NCBI GenBank assembly: GCA_017514675.1
Contig: JAFWIY010000021.1
Span: forward strand, 1-55,890
DNA from: Candidatus Saccharimonadota bacterium
GTDB lineage: Bacteria; Patescibacteriota; Saccharimonadia; Saccharimonadales; Saccharimonadaceae
Length of the DNA: 55,890 nucleotides
Reading direction: 5' to 3'
Of the stretch, positions 38,222-48,173 are shown piece by piece. Below the pieces are notes generated by a model that did no database searches, was not told the origin of the DNA, and saw only the letters and a program-made list of their open reading frames with translations. How positions within the stretch are numbered: the stretch's first letter is position 1; each line of letters opens with the position of its first letter. Made by a program: the position numbers and the translations under genes.

Positions 38222-40180
38222 ATGTTTACTAGCGTGGGCAAGACTAAAGCTACGGCTCTTGAAATAAAATCTCCGAGCGAGGATATCACTCTTAGATTTT
38301 CTATTTATCGTGGCCAGGCCTACTACGAAATCATTATTAAAAATCGCATCGTAGTACATCGGTCTAAACTCGGATTTAAAATCGCCGGCGAAAATATACT
38401 CGGCAATAATGTCGGCTTGCTAAAATCTAGCCAACGTACCCATCATGAAACCATCGAGATGCTTTGGGGCGAAGATCGCCTAATTAAAAATCATTACAAC
38501 GAACTAACCGTACACTTAGTAGAAAACGAAAAGCATCCACGAAAGTTTAATTTGATTTTTAGGATTTTTGATGATGGCGTGGCTTTTCGTTATGAACTTT
38601 TTCCATACGACAATATCAAACGCATCACCATCACCGAAGAGCTCACCGAATTTAATTTCAACCCAGCTAGCTCGGTTTGGTATATCCCAGCCTACCAGCC
38701 CGACCGCTATGAATACGATTACAAAAAAACCGAACTCGGTCATCTGAAAGGCTCTGTCCATACTCCGTTTACTATCAAAGCACCCAGCGGATATTATTTT
38801 GCTATCCACGAGGCTGCCCTATATGATTACGGTTCTATGACTCTCAAATTAAACGACAATTATATTCTTAAGTCCGATATCACACCAATGTCCGACCATA
38901 CTATCGCTCATATTGAGCTACCATTTTCTACTCCGTGGCGCTTAATTATGGTGGCGAGTTCCGCTACCGAGCTCACTAAAAATCGCCTAATCTATGTCCT
39001 AAACGACTCTCCTAGCCAAGATTTTAGTTGGGTCAAAACTTTAAAGTTTATCGGCATTTGGTGGTCCATGTACGTTGGCGAGTGGACATGGGCGCCCGGC
39101 GAAAAACACGGCGCCACCACGAAACACGCCAAGGAATATATTGACGCTGCGGTTCGCCTCGGTATCAGCGGTCTTCTCATTGAAGGTTGGAATGATGGCT
39201 GGGAAGGCGATTGGCTGGAAAATGGCGCCAAAACTAATTTCACTACACCCATGCCGGACTTTGATTTACCTACCGTAGCGCGTTATGCTAACCAAAATCA
39301 CATCGAACTAGTCGGCCACCATGAAACAGTGGGTTTCATAGATAATTACGAAAAACAACTAGAGGCCGCCTATAATTATTATGCCGCAAACGGCATCCAC
39401 TATATTAAAACTGGTTATGCAGGTAGCAAAATGACTATCAATGGTCGGCGCGAATATCATCATTCGCAACTCGGCGTCAATCATTACCAAAAAACTATTG
39501 AGCTCGCCGCAAAGAAACATATTTGCCTGAATATTCACGAACCAATCAAAGGCACCGGTATTGAGCGCACTTGGCCAAACTTACTCGCCAGAGAAGGCGC
39601 ACGGGGCCAAGAATACGAAGGCGGCGCCCTGTCGCCATCGCACGCTTGTTTTTTGCCATACACTAGATTACTCTCCGGCGGTATGGATTACACTAGCGGT
39701 ATTTTTGATATAGAAAATCCAGCCAAGCGCATCGCTACCACGCTTGCGCGCCAATTAGCTTATTTTGTCACGATTTATTCCGGCATGCAAATGGCCGCCG
39801 ATCGCCCCATTTTCTATGAAGAAAAATTCAAAGAAGCCTTTAAGTTTATCCACGATGTGCCGACCTCATTTGAAAAAAACCTGCCACTAGCTGGCGAAAT
39901 CGGCGAATATTATGTGGTGGCACGAAAAGACCGCGATTCTCATGATTGGTATATTGGCGGCGTAACAAGCGAAACTAGCCGAGATATTACTTTAGAGCTT
40001 AATTTTCTAGACCAAGACAGCTATCTCGGCGAATTTTACACGGATGCTCATGACTCTCACTACCGCACTAATCCTTTAGCAATTAATATTTACCACAAAA
40101 CAGTTGCTAAAGGCGACAAACTAAAAATCCACCTAGCTCCAGGCGGTGGTTTTGCAATTAGACTAATTCCTAAATCCTAG
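38222..40180 (+). CDS. glycoside hydrolase family 97 (alpha-glucosidase-like)
   Basis: DDGVAFRY, IHEAAL, TPWR, IEGWN, GHHET, KTGY, IHEPIK, REGARGQEY; start moved to MFTS behind TATAAT. Confidence 0.92.
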   Translation: MFTSVGKTKATALEIKSPSEDITLRFSIYRGQAYYEIIIKNRIVVHRSKLGFKIAGENILGNNVGLLKSSQRTHHETIEMLWGEDRLIKNHYNELTVHLVENEKHPRKFNLIFRIFDDGVAFRYELFPYDNIKRITITEELTEFNFNPASSVWYIPAYQPDRYEYDYKKTELGHLKGSVHTPFTIKAPSGYYFAIHEAALYDYGSMTLKLNDNYILKSDITPMSDHTIAHIELPFSTPWRLIMVASSATELTKNRLIYVLNDSPSQDFSWVKTLKFIGIWWSMYVGEWTWAPGEKHGATTKHAKEYIDAAVRLGISGLLIEGWNDGWEGDWLENGAKTNFTTPMPDFDLPTVARYANQNHIELVGHHETVGFIDNYEKQLEAAYNYYAANGIHYIKTGYAGSKMTINGRREYHHSQLGVNHYQKTIELAAKKHICLNIHEPIKGTGIERTWPNLLAREGARGQEYEGGALSPSHACFLPYTRLLSGGMDYTSGIFDIENPAKRIATTLARQLAYFVTIYSGMQMAADRPIFYEEKFKEAFKFIHDVPTSFEKNLPLAGEIGEYYVVARKDRDSHDWYIGGVTSETSRDITLELNFLDQDSYLGEFYTDAHDSHYRTNPLAINIYHKTVAKGDKLKIHLAPGGGFAIRLIPKS

Positions 40181-40667
40181 TAGCAGTAATAATCAGGCGG
40201 TGTGTCGCATCGCCATCCCCTAAATCTTGCCCAGCACAGGTCATTATTATAATGGTATCATTTTCACTGCTAGCCAAAAGTTTATTCATACTAATTTCGG
40301 ACTTGGCTCGGTAGTCTATTTGTATTATTTCGTAAGTTTTATTACCATAAATAATTTTATCGCTAAGCTTCAAATTCTTAGCTTCGCGAAAAACCGAGCT
40401 AGCATGACCAATCAGTAAAGTCTTATTTTTGGCGCGCGTAAAACTTCCTACGATTTCAGCCGGCGTATTGAGCCTACCATTCTCTAAATTCAATTTTGCC
40501 ACATCGCTAGATAAGTTAATCGCTGGAATGTTAATTTCGCCAATAATATTATATTCTGTCGCTTCGGCCGGCATTAAGCCTACACCAAAAAACCACGCAA
40601 AATATAGTACGTATATAGCAGTAATAATTCGATACGCACTGCGGCGCCCACTTATCACACCCTTCAT
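40170..40667 (-). CDS. sortase (class F-like)
   Basis: TM anchor, IPAINL, LIGH, IMTCAG, HRLIITA. Confidence 0.8.
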   Translation of the reverse strand: MKGVISGRRSAYRIITAIYVLYFAWFFGVGLMPAEATEYNIIGEINIPAINLSSDVAKLNLENGRLNTPAEIVGSFTRAKNKTLLIGHASSVFREAKNLKLSDKIIYGNKTYEIIQIDYRAKSEISMNKLLASSENDTIIIMTCAGQDLGDGDATHRLIITATRI

Positions 40668-40687
40668 TAATTTAATTATAGCATAAG

Positions 40688-41233
40688 CTATACGCCAGGA
40701 CTAAACATTTTCAACTTTTTTTCGTGAATTTTATAATTTTTGTCGTGCGAGCCGACTTCCTGCCAAAACGCTCTAGAGTGATCCATGTGATTTAGATGCG
40801 CAAGCTCGTGCAGAATTACATAATCGCGCAATTTTTCCGGCACTTTCATCAGTCCGATATTAAGAGAAATCGTGCGGTTAGATGAACAGCTCCCCCATCT
40901 GGTATTGGCGTGTGTCAACCTACACTTATCGTATTTGTAATTATATAACTTTGCATAGTATTCCAAACGATACGGCAAATATTCTTTCGCGCGTTTCATT
41001 AATAATTTCTTTTGATAGTCGCGCGCGCGCTGCTCACCCGGGTCTTTGATTGGTAACTTTTCGCGAATTACTTTACGGTTAGAATTCAAAAATCTTTTTG
41101 CCAAAAACTCTGAAGTGTATTTTGGTACCGACATCTGCAGCCGCCCAGAAGTAGAAACACTAAACTTAACTCCGCGCGACAACGGATTTTTGCGCACAAT
41201 TACTTCGCCAAACTCGGCATCTTTGATAATCAT
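40688..41233 (-). CDS. YgjP/M48-like zinc metalloprotein
   Basis: RWGSCS, DYVILHELAH, HSRAFW. Confidence 0.88.
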   Translation of the reverse strand: MIIKDAEFGEVIVRKNPLSRGVKFSVSTSGRLQMSVPKYTSEFLAKRFLNSNRKVIREKLPIKDPGEQRARDYQKKLLMKRAKEYLPYRLEYYAKLYNYKYDKCRLTHANTRWGSCSSNRTISLNIGLMKVPEKLRDYVILHELAHLNHMDHSRAFWQEVGSHDKNYKIHEKKLKMFSPGV

Positions 41234-41235
41234 TT

Positions 41236-41724
41236 TTATAGTTCTGAAAGACCAATAATCACGTGCTTGCTTTGAGTTTCAAAAGTATGTTTGCCAGAAA
41301 GAATAATTGGCCTTTCGGTATCGGTCGGAGCTTCAATAGTATCAACTTCCTTTTCGTAGATTTCTTTAGCTTTCGATACAGATTTATAGCGCTGCTTTAA
41401 ACGCATGCGAATCGTAGCGACGTCGGTCTGAATCCAGATCAAAGTAGGCTCATAGCCATTTTTCACTAGAAGTTTTCTAATCTCAGCACGTTCATTCTCG
41501 GTTTTTAGGCATCCTTCAAATATTATCGTCTGACCAGTTCGAGCAATTAATGATAATATCAGCAGAATATTCTCAAACGAAAAATTATTTTCCGCCTTTA
41601 ATTCTTCTAAATTATAATATGCCAACCCAAATTTTTTTGCGAATTTCTCCGCGAATGTAGTTTTGCCGCTACATGGTGCACCAAATACCAAGAGCGCGCG
41701 TGATTTAGTTTTATTACCTTCCAT
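41236..41724 (-). CDS. P-loop kinase (AAA_33-like)
   Basis: GAPCSGKTT; true start MEGNK at 41724 behind GGAGG, because the ORF-track extension runs through tRNA-Trp. Confidence 0.75.
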   Translation of the reverse strand: MEGNKTKSRALLVFGAPCSGKTTFAEKFAKKFGLAYYNLEELKAENNFSFENILLILSLIARTGQTIIFEGCLKTENERAEIRKLLVKNGYEPTLIWIQTDVATIRMRLKQRYKSVSKAKEIYEKEVDTIEAPTDTERPIILSGKHTFETQSKHVIIGLSEL

Positions 41725-41746
41725 AATACCTCCATTATAGCATACA

Positions 41747-41822
41747 TGGCAGGGGTGGCAAGGATCGAACTCGCGACACCAGGTTTTGGAGACCTGTGCT
41801 CTACCAGCTGAGCTACACCCCT
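41747..41822 (-). tRNA. trnW: tRNA-Trp(CCA)
   Basis: AGGGGTGTAGCTCAGCTGGTAGAGCACAGGT-CTCCAAA-ACCTGGTGTCGCGAGTTCGATCCTTGCCACCCCTGCCA. Confidence 0.95.
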
Positions 41823-41880
41823 TCATAAAGTTCTTTTCTAATTTTACCATAAATTCGAAAAATGTGCTAAAATAAAATAG

Positions 41881-43104
41881 ATGAAAATACTTATGCTAGG
41901 CTGGGAACTCCCGCCTCATAATAGTGGAGGCCTCGGAGTTGCGTGTTTAAATATGGCTCGCGCCCTTTCTAAAGAAGGCGCTGATATAGATTTTGTTTTA
42001 CCGTATTCTGCTAAACATCCAAATGCTACTTTTATGAATATTTTGGCTGCTACCAATCTAGACCCGATTTATCGCAACGGCGGCGGCGCCTACGATTCGT
42101 TTTATGTAGAAGAAAAAGTTATCCCAGATAATTTAAAAAACAGCTACGTCTCAATTCGCGACATCCAAAAGAAATACTGCGATTACGTAGGTCAATATCT
42201 AGTCGATCACAAGCCAGATGTTATTCATGCCCACGACTGGCTCACCTACGAAGCTGGCGTTCTCGCCAAAAAAGAATACAATATACCACTCATTGCACAT
42301 GTTCACGCTACCGAATATGATCGCTCCGGTATGCAGGTGGGTAATCCTTTGATTCATGAAATAGAATACGAAGGCCTGATGATGGCGGACAGAATTATTG
42401 CCGTCTCCGAGATCACTAAGCGCATCATTCACGAAAAATACCATATTCCATTAAAGAAGATTGACGTGGTTTATAATTCGCTTGATGAAAACTACGAAGC
42501 CGAGAAATATCTTTTCGATACCAAAACTTACAAATATATTGAATCGCTAAAGGCGTCCGGATATACAATTATTTCCACCGTTGGCCGTTTCACTATTCAA
42601 AAAGGCCTTAAAAACTTTGTGCAGGCTGCAGCCTTAGCTTTATCCAAAAATCCTAAACTATTATTTATTTTGGCCGGCGACGGGGAGGAACGCAATGAGC
42701 TAATCGCGTTAGCCGCCGAACTAGGCATTGCTAAAAATGTCATTTTTACCGGCTTTATTCGTGGTCGTAAACTCCGCGATATTTACTCTATTTCCGACAT
42801 TTTCGTGATGAGTTCTATTTCCGAGCCATTTGGTCTTACCGCCCTAGAAGCCGCTCATCATGGCGATGCGCTCATTCTCACCAAACAATCCGGCGTTTCC
42901 GAGATTATCTGGTCAGCCATGAAATATGATTTTTGGGACGAAGCAAAACTCGCCGATGAGATTTTGGCTATCGCCAATAATCCAGCACTCAAAAAGTCCC
43001 TCACCGACAACATCAAAAACGAGTATCGCCAATTTTCTTGGAACCAAGTTGCCAAAAAATGCTTAAGGATATATAATAAGACAACAACTAAAAAGAGGTA
43101 TTAA
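41881..43104 (+). CDS. glycosyltransferase family 4 (glycogen synthase-like)
   Basis: GWELPPHNSGGLG, HAHDW, HVHATEYDR, EPFGLTALEA. Confidence 0.9.
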   Translation: MKILMLGWELPPHNSGGLGVACLNMARALSKEGADIDFVLPYSAKHPNATFMNILAATNLDPIYRNGGGAYDSFYVEEKVIPDNLKNSYVSIRDIQKKYCDYVGQYLVDHKPDVIHAHDWLTYEAGVLAKKEYNIPLIAHVHATEYDRSGMQVGNPLIHEIEYEGLMMADRIIAVSEITKRIIHEKYHIPLKKIDVVYNSLDENYEAEKYLFDTKTYKYIESLKASGYTIISTVGRFTIQKGLKNFVQAAALALSKNPKLLFILAGDGEERNELIALAAELGIAKNVIFTGFIRGRKLRDIYSISDIFVMSSISEPFGLTALEAAHHGDALILTKQSGVSEIIWSAMKYDFWDEAKLADEILAIANNPALKKSLTDNIKNEYRQFSWNQVAKKCLRIYNKTTTKKRY

Positions 43105-44310
43105 GTGCGGGCAATCTGTTTATATTTACACATGCATCAGCCGATTCGCTATCGCGAATACTCCGCTTTTGATATCTCGAATGATACAAATTATTACAAT
43201 GGCGAATACAACGGTCGCCAGTCCAACGAGCGCATCTTTAAAAAGGTCACCGACAAAAGCTATCGTCCAATGCTCGCCCTCATCGAACGTAACATCAAAA
43301 AGCACCCCGACTTCAAAGTTTCGCTTTCCATTACTGGAACTTGGCTAGAGCAAGCCATGCGATGGGAACCAGAGCTTATTGCCGTCATAAAACGCTTAGT
43401 AGACACTGGTAAAGTCGAAATTGTTGGCGAAACTTATTATCATTCCCTAGCCTATTTTTATAACCTAGACGAGTTCACCGCCCAAGTCAAAATGCATGCC
43501 GAAAAAATCCAGCAATTATTTGGCGTCAAGCCAAAAGTATTTCGTAATACCGAGCTTGCTTACAACGATAGCCTAGCCAAATGGGCCGATGAGAATGGCT
43601 ACAAAGGCATTCTAGCCGAGGGCTGGGACAAAATCCTAGACTGGCGCAGTCCGAATCATGTTTATAAACCATACGGCTGCGATAATATTAAATTGCTACT
43701 TAAAAATTATCGCTTGTCTGATGATATCGCGTTTCGTTTCTCTAATCGCAACTGGAGTGAATGGCCGCTTACTGTACCAAAATATATCGATTGGCTCAAT
43801 ATGGACTGTCTGCGCGGCAATCTAGTTAATCTATTCATGGATTTTGAGACTTTCGGCGAACACCAGTGGGAAGATACAGGAATATTTAGTTTTATGGAAG
43901 AATTTATCGACGCTTGGCTTTCTACCTACGAGAACAAATTTGTTACAGTATCCGAAGCTTGCGATTTGATGCCAGCCGCCGATGAAATCTCTATGCCTCA
44001 CACCATCACATGGGCAGATATGGAGCGTGATTTATCCGCCTGGCTCTCAAACCCCATGCAAACATCAGTCATGCAAGATTTATATAATCTAAGAAACAAT
44101 GTTCTAGCCAGCAACAATATGGACCTAATCAGCGACTGGCGTTATTTAACCACCAGCGACCACCCCTACGCTATGTGTACCAAATACTGGAATGATGGCG
44201 ATGTCCACGCCTACTTCTCTGCCTACGCTTCGCCCTACGAAAGTTTCATGTATTTCATGAATGTCCTCCGCGACATAGAATATAGAATTGGTAACGACAA
44301 CAAAAAATAA
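43105..44310 (+). CDS. glycoside hydrolase family 57 (alpha-amylase-like)
   Basis: HMHQP, ETYYHSL, FRNTEL, FMDFETFGEH, TWAD. Confidence 0.92.
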   Translation: MRAICLYLHMHQPIRYREYSAFDISNDTNYYNGEYNGRQSNERIFKKVTDKSYRPMLALIERNIKKHPDFKVSLSITGTWLEQAMRWEPELIAVIKRLVDTGKVEIVGETYYHSLAYFYNLDEFTAQVKMHAEKIQQLFGVKPKVFRNTELAYNDSLAKWADENGYKGILAEGWDKILDWRSPNHVYKPYGCDNIKLLLKNYRLSDDIAFRFSNRNWSEWPLTVPKYIDWLNMDCLRGNLVNLFMDFETFGEHQWEDTGIFSFMEEFIDAWLSTYENKFVTVSEACDLMPAADEISMPHTITWADMERDLSAWLSNPMQTSVMQDLYNLRNNVLASNNMDLISDWRYLTTSDHPYAMCTKYWNDGDVHAYFSAYASPYESFMYFMNVLRDIEYRIGNDNKK

Positions 44311-44328
44311 CCCCTGAGGGGTTATTTT
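44302..44328. terminator. bidirectional terminator between GH57 and rpmG
   Basis: AAAAAATAACCCC-TGA-GGGGTTATTTTT. Confidence 0.8.
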
Positions 44329-44537
44329 TAGCGCTTCTTTTCTTTGACTTCGTTGCGGCCAAGATTTTTCTTGGTTTCCGTGAAAACAACGTGCTTTCTT
44401 AGAACCGGATCATACTTCTTTAGGCTTAGCTTATCAGGAGTATTCATCGTATTCTTTTTGGTGTAATAAGCACGCACGCCGGATTCTTCCGAAACCAGGC
44501 CAACCAATTTGCGCTTAGTATTATTCTTTTTTGCCAT
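44328..44537 (-). CDS. rpmG: 50S ribosomal protein L33
   Basis: [22 protein letters not shown]. Confidence 0.95.
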   Translation of the reverse strand: MAKKNNTKRKLVGLVSEESGVRAYYTKKNTMNTPDKLSLKKYDPVLRKHVVFTETKKNLGRNEVKEKKR

Positions 44538-44624
44538 AACTTAGATTAGTTTACCACATAACAAGAAAAAAGGCAAGACTAAGCTTGCCCCGAGAAACGA
44601 GCCGATTAGTTACGTTGGATGGGT

Positions 44625-44780
44625 TTATCCGCAATATGCACGGACTTTAGCGACGTCACCGCCGACTTTATGGCCCATCTGGATGATTTCCTGTATCTTT
44701 GCGTAGGCTTGATGATAGCCCTCGTCAGTAGCGACGAAAGCCCAGGATCTTCCCATAGTATCATCTCTGATAATAATCAC
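44625..44780 (-). CDS. unannotated 51 aa protein MIIIRDDTMGRSWAFVATDEGYHQAYAKIQEIIQMGHKVGGDVAKVRAYCG
   Basis: GTG start behind SD AAAGGGGGTG; terminator GGGCAAG/CTTGCCT plus T-run around 44566-44591. Confidence 0.6.
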   Translation of the reverse strand: MIIIRDDTMGRSWAFVATDEGYHQAYAKIQEIIQMGHKVGGDVAKVRAYCG

Positions 44781-44870
44781 TCATTTCACCCCCTTTCTAT
44801 AAAGAACTAGACGGCACGATTGCCAATAATAAAGGTTTCTGTAGGCAACGACCTTTATGCCATAATTATA

Positions 44871-47800
44871 CTATTTTGGCAAGTTTTTCGCAAGCACAAG
44901 CGCAATAAATTTCTTGATATCTTTAATCCCGAGCTGATTATTTGGCGATACAAATAACTCTGGGTCATCTATAAACTCTAGACTTTCAATCTGTCGGTAA
45001 GCCGCCGCCATTAGCGCCACTAGCTCTTTTTCATCATCCGCATTAAACTCATACACTTTATCATATACTTCGCCATCTTTGTCGGGAGTTACAAATAATA
45101 TATGCGCCTGCGTTACCTTATACTTTGCATAAGTCGGCGAATTATTTAAAAGCAATTTATAAAACCCAAGCTGCAACATATATTTATACAGCGTAGCGTG
45201 AGATTGCCATTTTTCCTTATGATATCCGCCGGTCTTAAAATCATAAATCTCAATGGTTTTGTTAGTATCATCCACGATAATATGGTCAATTTTACCAGTT
45301 ACCGGCACACCATCTACCGACAGCTTCTCTGGGCCGAGGTTCACCTCTGCTTTACCGCGCCTCAGTATACCAGAAAAAGCCTTAAGTGCTACCGTGATAT
45401 CCTCCGGACCCTTTTCGCGAATCTTCTGTTTTATCTCTACCGGCAAATCTTTTTTCTCAAGCTCATCCACAAAATATTGCACCGCTTCCGCATCCGAGAC
45501 ACCACGATTTGTTACCATTTCAAAGGTCTTGTGTACCAAATCACCGTAGGCCAAGGCCTCACTTTCTGGCTCGTATGGCGCCTGCAAAATATAATTCTTG
45601 AAAAACTCCTGTGGTCCGGCATACACAATATCAATAAACGAAGTTAAGGATGATGCTGACATCCGATAGTTTTTCACGCGATTTTTGTATAGCATTCTCA
45701 TATCCGGCGTTAATTCGGCGTATGGTAGTAGCCAATTTCGGATATTATTTTCGGCAAAATCATAGGCGCTCGCTTCGTAATGCAAAGTCACGGTCTTATC
45801 TGGCAAAAACGGCGAATAAACCACCTTGTCCTTTTCAAATTCCTCCAAATACTCTAGGCGTTCCGGCGATTTATCATTGAAATCGTGCAAAGAATTGGTA
45901 ATAAATAAAGTATTTTTAGCTCTAGTTAGCGCTACATACAAAATGCGCAATTTCTCGCCATCGGTCGTACCGGTGTGGCGAATATGCATTAGGTTTTTTG
46001 GCAGCGCCAAAAGATTATTATTTCCCTTGCCTTTACCCCAAGCAATATGATCCGCCGAAATAATAAACACATACGAAAACTCCAACCCCTTGGCCTTATG
46101 GGCACTCAGCACAGATACAGCCTCATCGGCATCGCGATAAGGGCTAGTAGTATTAATCGGCATATCAGCCCCCCGAAAATCTTCTAACATGGCAATTAAA
46201 TCAGCAAGCCGGAGGCTTTTATCGCCAAAATGGCGCTTTAGTTTGCCGCACAAAGATGCGACATTCTCATATAATCGGAAACTCTCATATTCGCCATCTT
46301 TAATACATCTCTCAATCAATGGCGAACGGTAGCCGTTTAGCTCCGTAGCCCCAATCAGATAGTCCAAGAATATCTCTAGCGGCTCATTAAAAGATTTCGC
46401 AATCAAGTCCGCAAAGAAATGCGACACTTGTTGCAATTTTGGATTTTCAGATTCTAGCATCAAATCAAAAATAGCCTTTTTGTCTGCTCTAGCCCTATTT
46501 GCTAACTTCACCACTCCAATAATCGGTAATCCAAAGAAGGGATAAGACAACACCTCAAGCGCCGAAACGGTCGGCTTCTTGTCGTTGGCGAGCTCATAAA
46601 CAAATTGCGCCATCGCAAAAATCTGGTGCATTCTTTCATCTTCTAGGAGATTATCGCGTTTTTCGTAGGCGATATTAATATTCTTTTTCGCCTTCAAGAA
46701 AGGCAAAAGCGGCATAAAATATTTGGTTTTATACGAGATGATGGCAATTTCGTTTTGCGGCACACCAGATTTGATTAATTCCGAGATCTTATCAGCAATA
46801 AACCCATATTCCATATCTGAGGACAAAAACTCGTGGCGATAAATCTGTGATTGCTTTGGATTATCCTGATGGGCAAATAGTTCTTTATCGGCGAACCGAT
46901 CTGGCGCCTGTTTAATTACCTCGCGCGAAAAATCCAAAATCTCCTGCGTGCTACGGTAATTTTCTACGAGCGCCACTACATGTGCGCCGTAATGCTGCTG
47001 AAAATCAGTCAAATTAGTCGCTAACGCCCCCTGAAATTCGTAAATCGCCTGATCGTCATCGCCCACTGCCATTATTATCGGCTTTTCGTAATCGGTCAGT
47101 GCCTTAATAATCGCAAACTGCGCCGGATTAGTATCCTGAAACTCATCTAGCATAATAAACTGATATCTTTCCGATAGCGTAGTCTTAAAACCAGCATCAC
47201 TAGATAAAACCTTTACCGCCTCGGTAATCATATCATCATAATCATACAGACCATTTTCTTTAAGATATTTATCATATTCGCTCATTACATGCGCTAGGCT
47301 AAGCAGCTTCTTATTCGCTACTCGGTCTTTCAGCCGATAATTCCCTTTGGTATCCTTTTCAAAATACTTGTCTTTCCACGCTGATAATGGCTTAATCTTT
47401 TCGGAACTCTCCGCTTCAATAACGGCCTCCTTTAAATCTTTAGCTAAAACAGAAATTAAGCGCTCGATTTTAAGCGACTGCCGACTGTTGTTTTCGGGAC
47501 CGTAAGCTTGGCCGAACGGCCTTGAGTGTGTCCCGAAAACAATAGTCGGAGTCGCCTCAAGATAGCCCTTTAATATATTATATATAGGCTCGTAAGCGTT
47601 TTTAAACGACAGCTCAAAATTGCGTGGCACGATATTTTTTAAAAAAGGCGAAATAGTTTTAGACAATACTTCCGAATCTTCTAAATTAATCTCCGCAATT
47701 TTCTTAAGATGCTCCGCAGTTAGCCCCGCCGACTTCGCTGCCGAAATCACGCTTACAATATCTTTTACTCCATCACCGCGCAAAATATCCTTGCCAGATA

Positions 47801-48173
47801 GCCCAGATTGAATATTTTTCACAATCTTAAATTGGGTTACCTCATCTATGGCACTGTCCAATTTGCGATCATACTCCTCAGAATAGTTCTTATATTGCGC
47901 TAAAATATCCGAACCGAAGGCATGATAAGTGCCAATATTTACCTTTTGCCCAGTATTACCCACAATAGTCCGAAGCCGCTCGCGCATATTACTAGCCCCG
48001 GTTTCGGTGAAAGTTAGACAAAGGATATTTTCTGGGTTGGTATCGGTATTTTTTAGAATATAAGCCACCTTCTCTGATAGTAACTGGGTTTTGCCGGTCC
48101 CTGGCCCCGCCAGCACCAAAAGCGGCCCCTCCAAATATTCTACCGCTTCTTTTTGCTTTTGGTTTAGGCCCAT
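44871..48173 (-). CDS. UvrD/PcrA-like helicase fused to C-terminal PD-(D/E)XK nuclease
   Basis: LAGPGTGKT, LDEFQD, VGDDDQAIY, ENYRS, HKAKGLEF, YVALTRA, GKIDH..IYDFKTG. Confidence 0.92.
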   Translation of the reverse strand: MGLNQKQKEAVEYLEGPLLVLAGPGTGKTQLLSEKVAYILKNTDTNPENILCLTFTETGASNMRERLRTIVGNTGQKVNIGTYHAFGSDILAQYKNYSEEYDRKLDSAIDEVTQFKIVKNIQSGLSGKDILRGDGVKDIVSVISAAKSAGLTAEHLKKIAEINLEDSEVLSKTISPFLKNIVPRNFELSFKNAYEPIYNILKGYLEATPTIVFGTHSRPFGQAYGPENNSRQSLKIERLISVLAKDLKEAVIEAESSEKIKPLSAWKDKYFEKDTKGNYRLKDRVANKKLLSLAHVMSEYDKYLKENGLYDYDDMITEAVKVLSSDAGFKTTLSERYQFIMLDEFQDTNPAQFAIIKALTDYEKPIIMAVGDDDQAIYEFQGALATNLTDFQQHYGAHVVALVENYRSTQEILDFSREVIKQAPDRFADKELFAHQDNPKQSQIYRHEFLSSDMEYGFIADKISELIKSGVPQNEIAIISYKTKYFMPLLPFLKAKKNINIAYEKRDNLLEDERMHQIFAMAQFVYELANDKKPTVSALEVLSYPFFGLPIIGVVKLANRARADKKAIFDLMLESENPKLQQVSHFFADLIAKSFNEPLEIFLDYLIGATELNGYRSPLIERCIKDGEYESFRLYENVASLCGKLKRHFGDKSLRLADLIAMLEDFRGADMPINTTSPYRDADEAVSVLSAHKAKGLEFSYVFIISADHIAWGKGKGNNNLLALPKNLMHIRHTGTTDGEKLRILYVALTRAKNTLFITNSLHDFNDKSPERLEYLEEFEKDKVVYSPFLPDKTVTLHYEASAYDFAENNIRNWLLPYAELTPDMRMLYKNRVKNYRMSASSLTSFIDIVYAGPQEFFKNYILQAPYEPESEALAYGDLVHKTFEMVTNRGVSDAEAVQYFVDELEKKDLPVEIKQKIREKGPEDITVALKAFSGILRRGKAEVNLGPEKLSVDGVPVTGKIDHIIVDDTNKTIEIYDFKTGGYHKEKWQSHATLYKYMLQLGFYKLLLNNSPTYAKYKVTQAHILFVTPDKDGEVYDKVYEFNADDEKELVALMAAAYRQIESLEFIDDPELFVSPNNQLGIKDIKKFIALVLAKNLPK
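47474..47555. repeat. ~82 bp palindromic element inside the helicase CDS, reading frame preserved
   Basis: GCGACTGCCGACTGTTGTTTTCGGGAC / GTCCCGAAAACAATAGTCGGAGTCGC arms around GGCC-GAAC-GGCC. Confidence 0.8.

Noticed and set aside
41725-41850. N-terminal extension of the kinase ORF; also ORFs 26058-26273 and 26080-26373
   Set aside because: They overlap tRNA genes and are spurious
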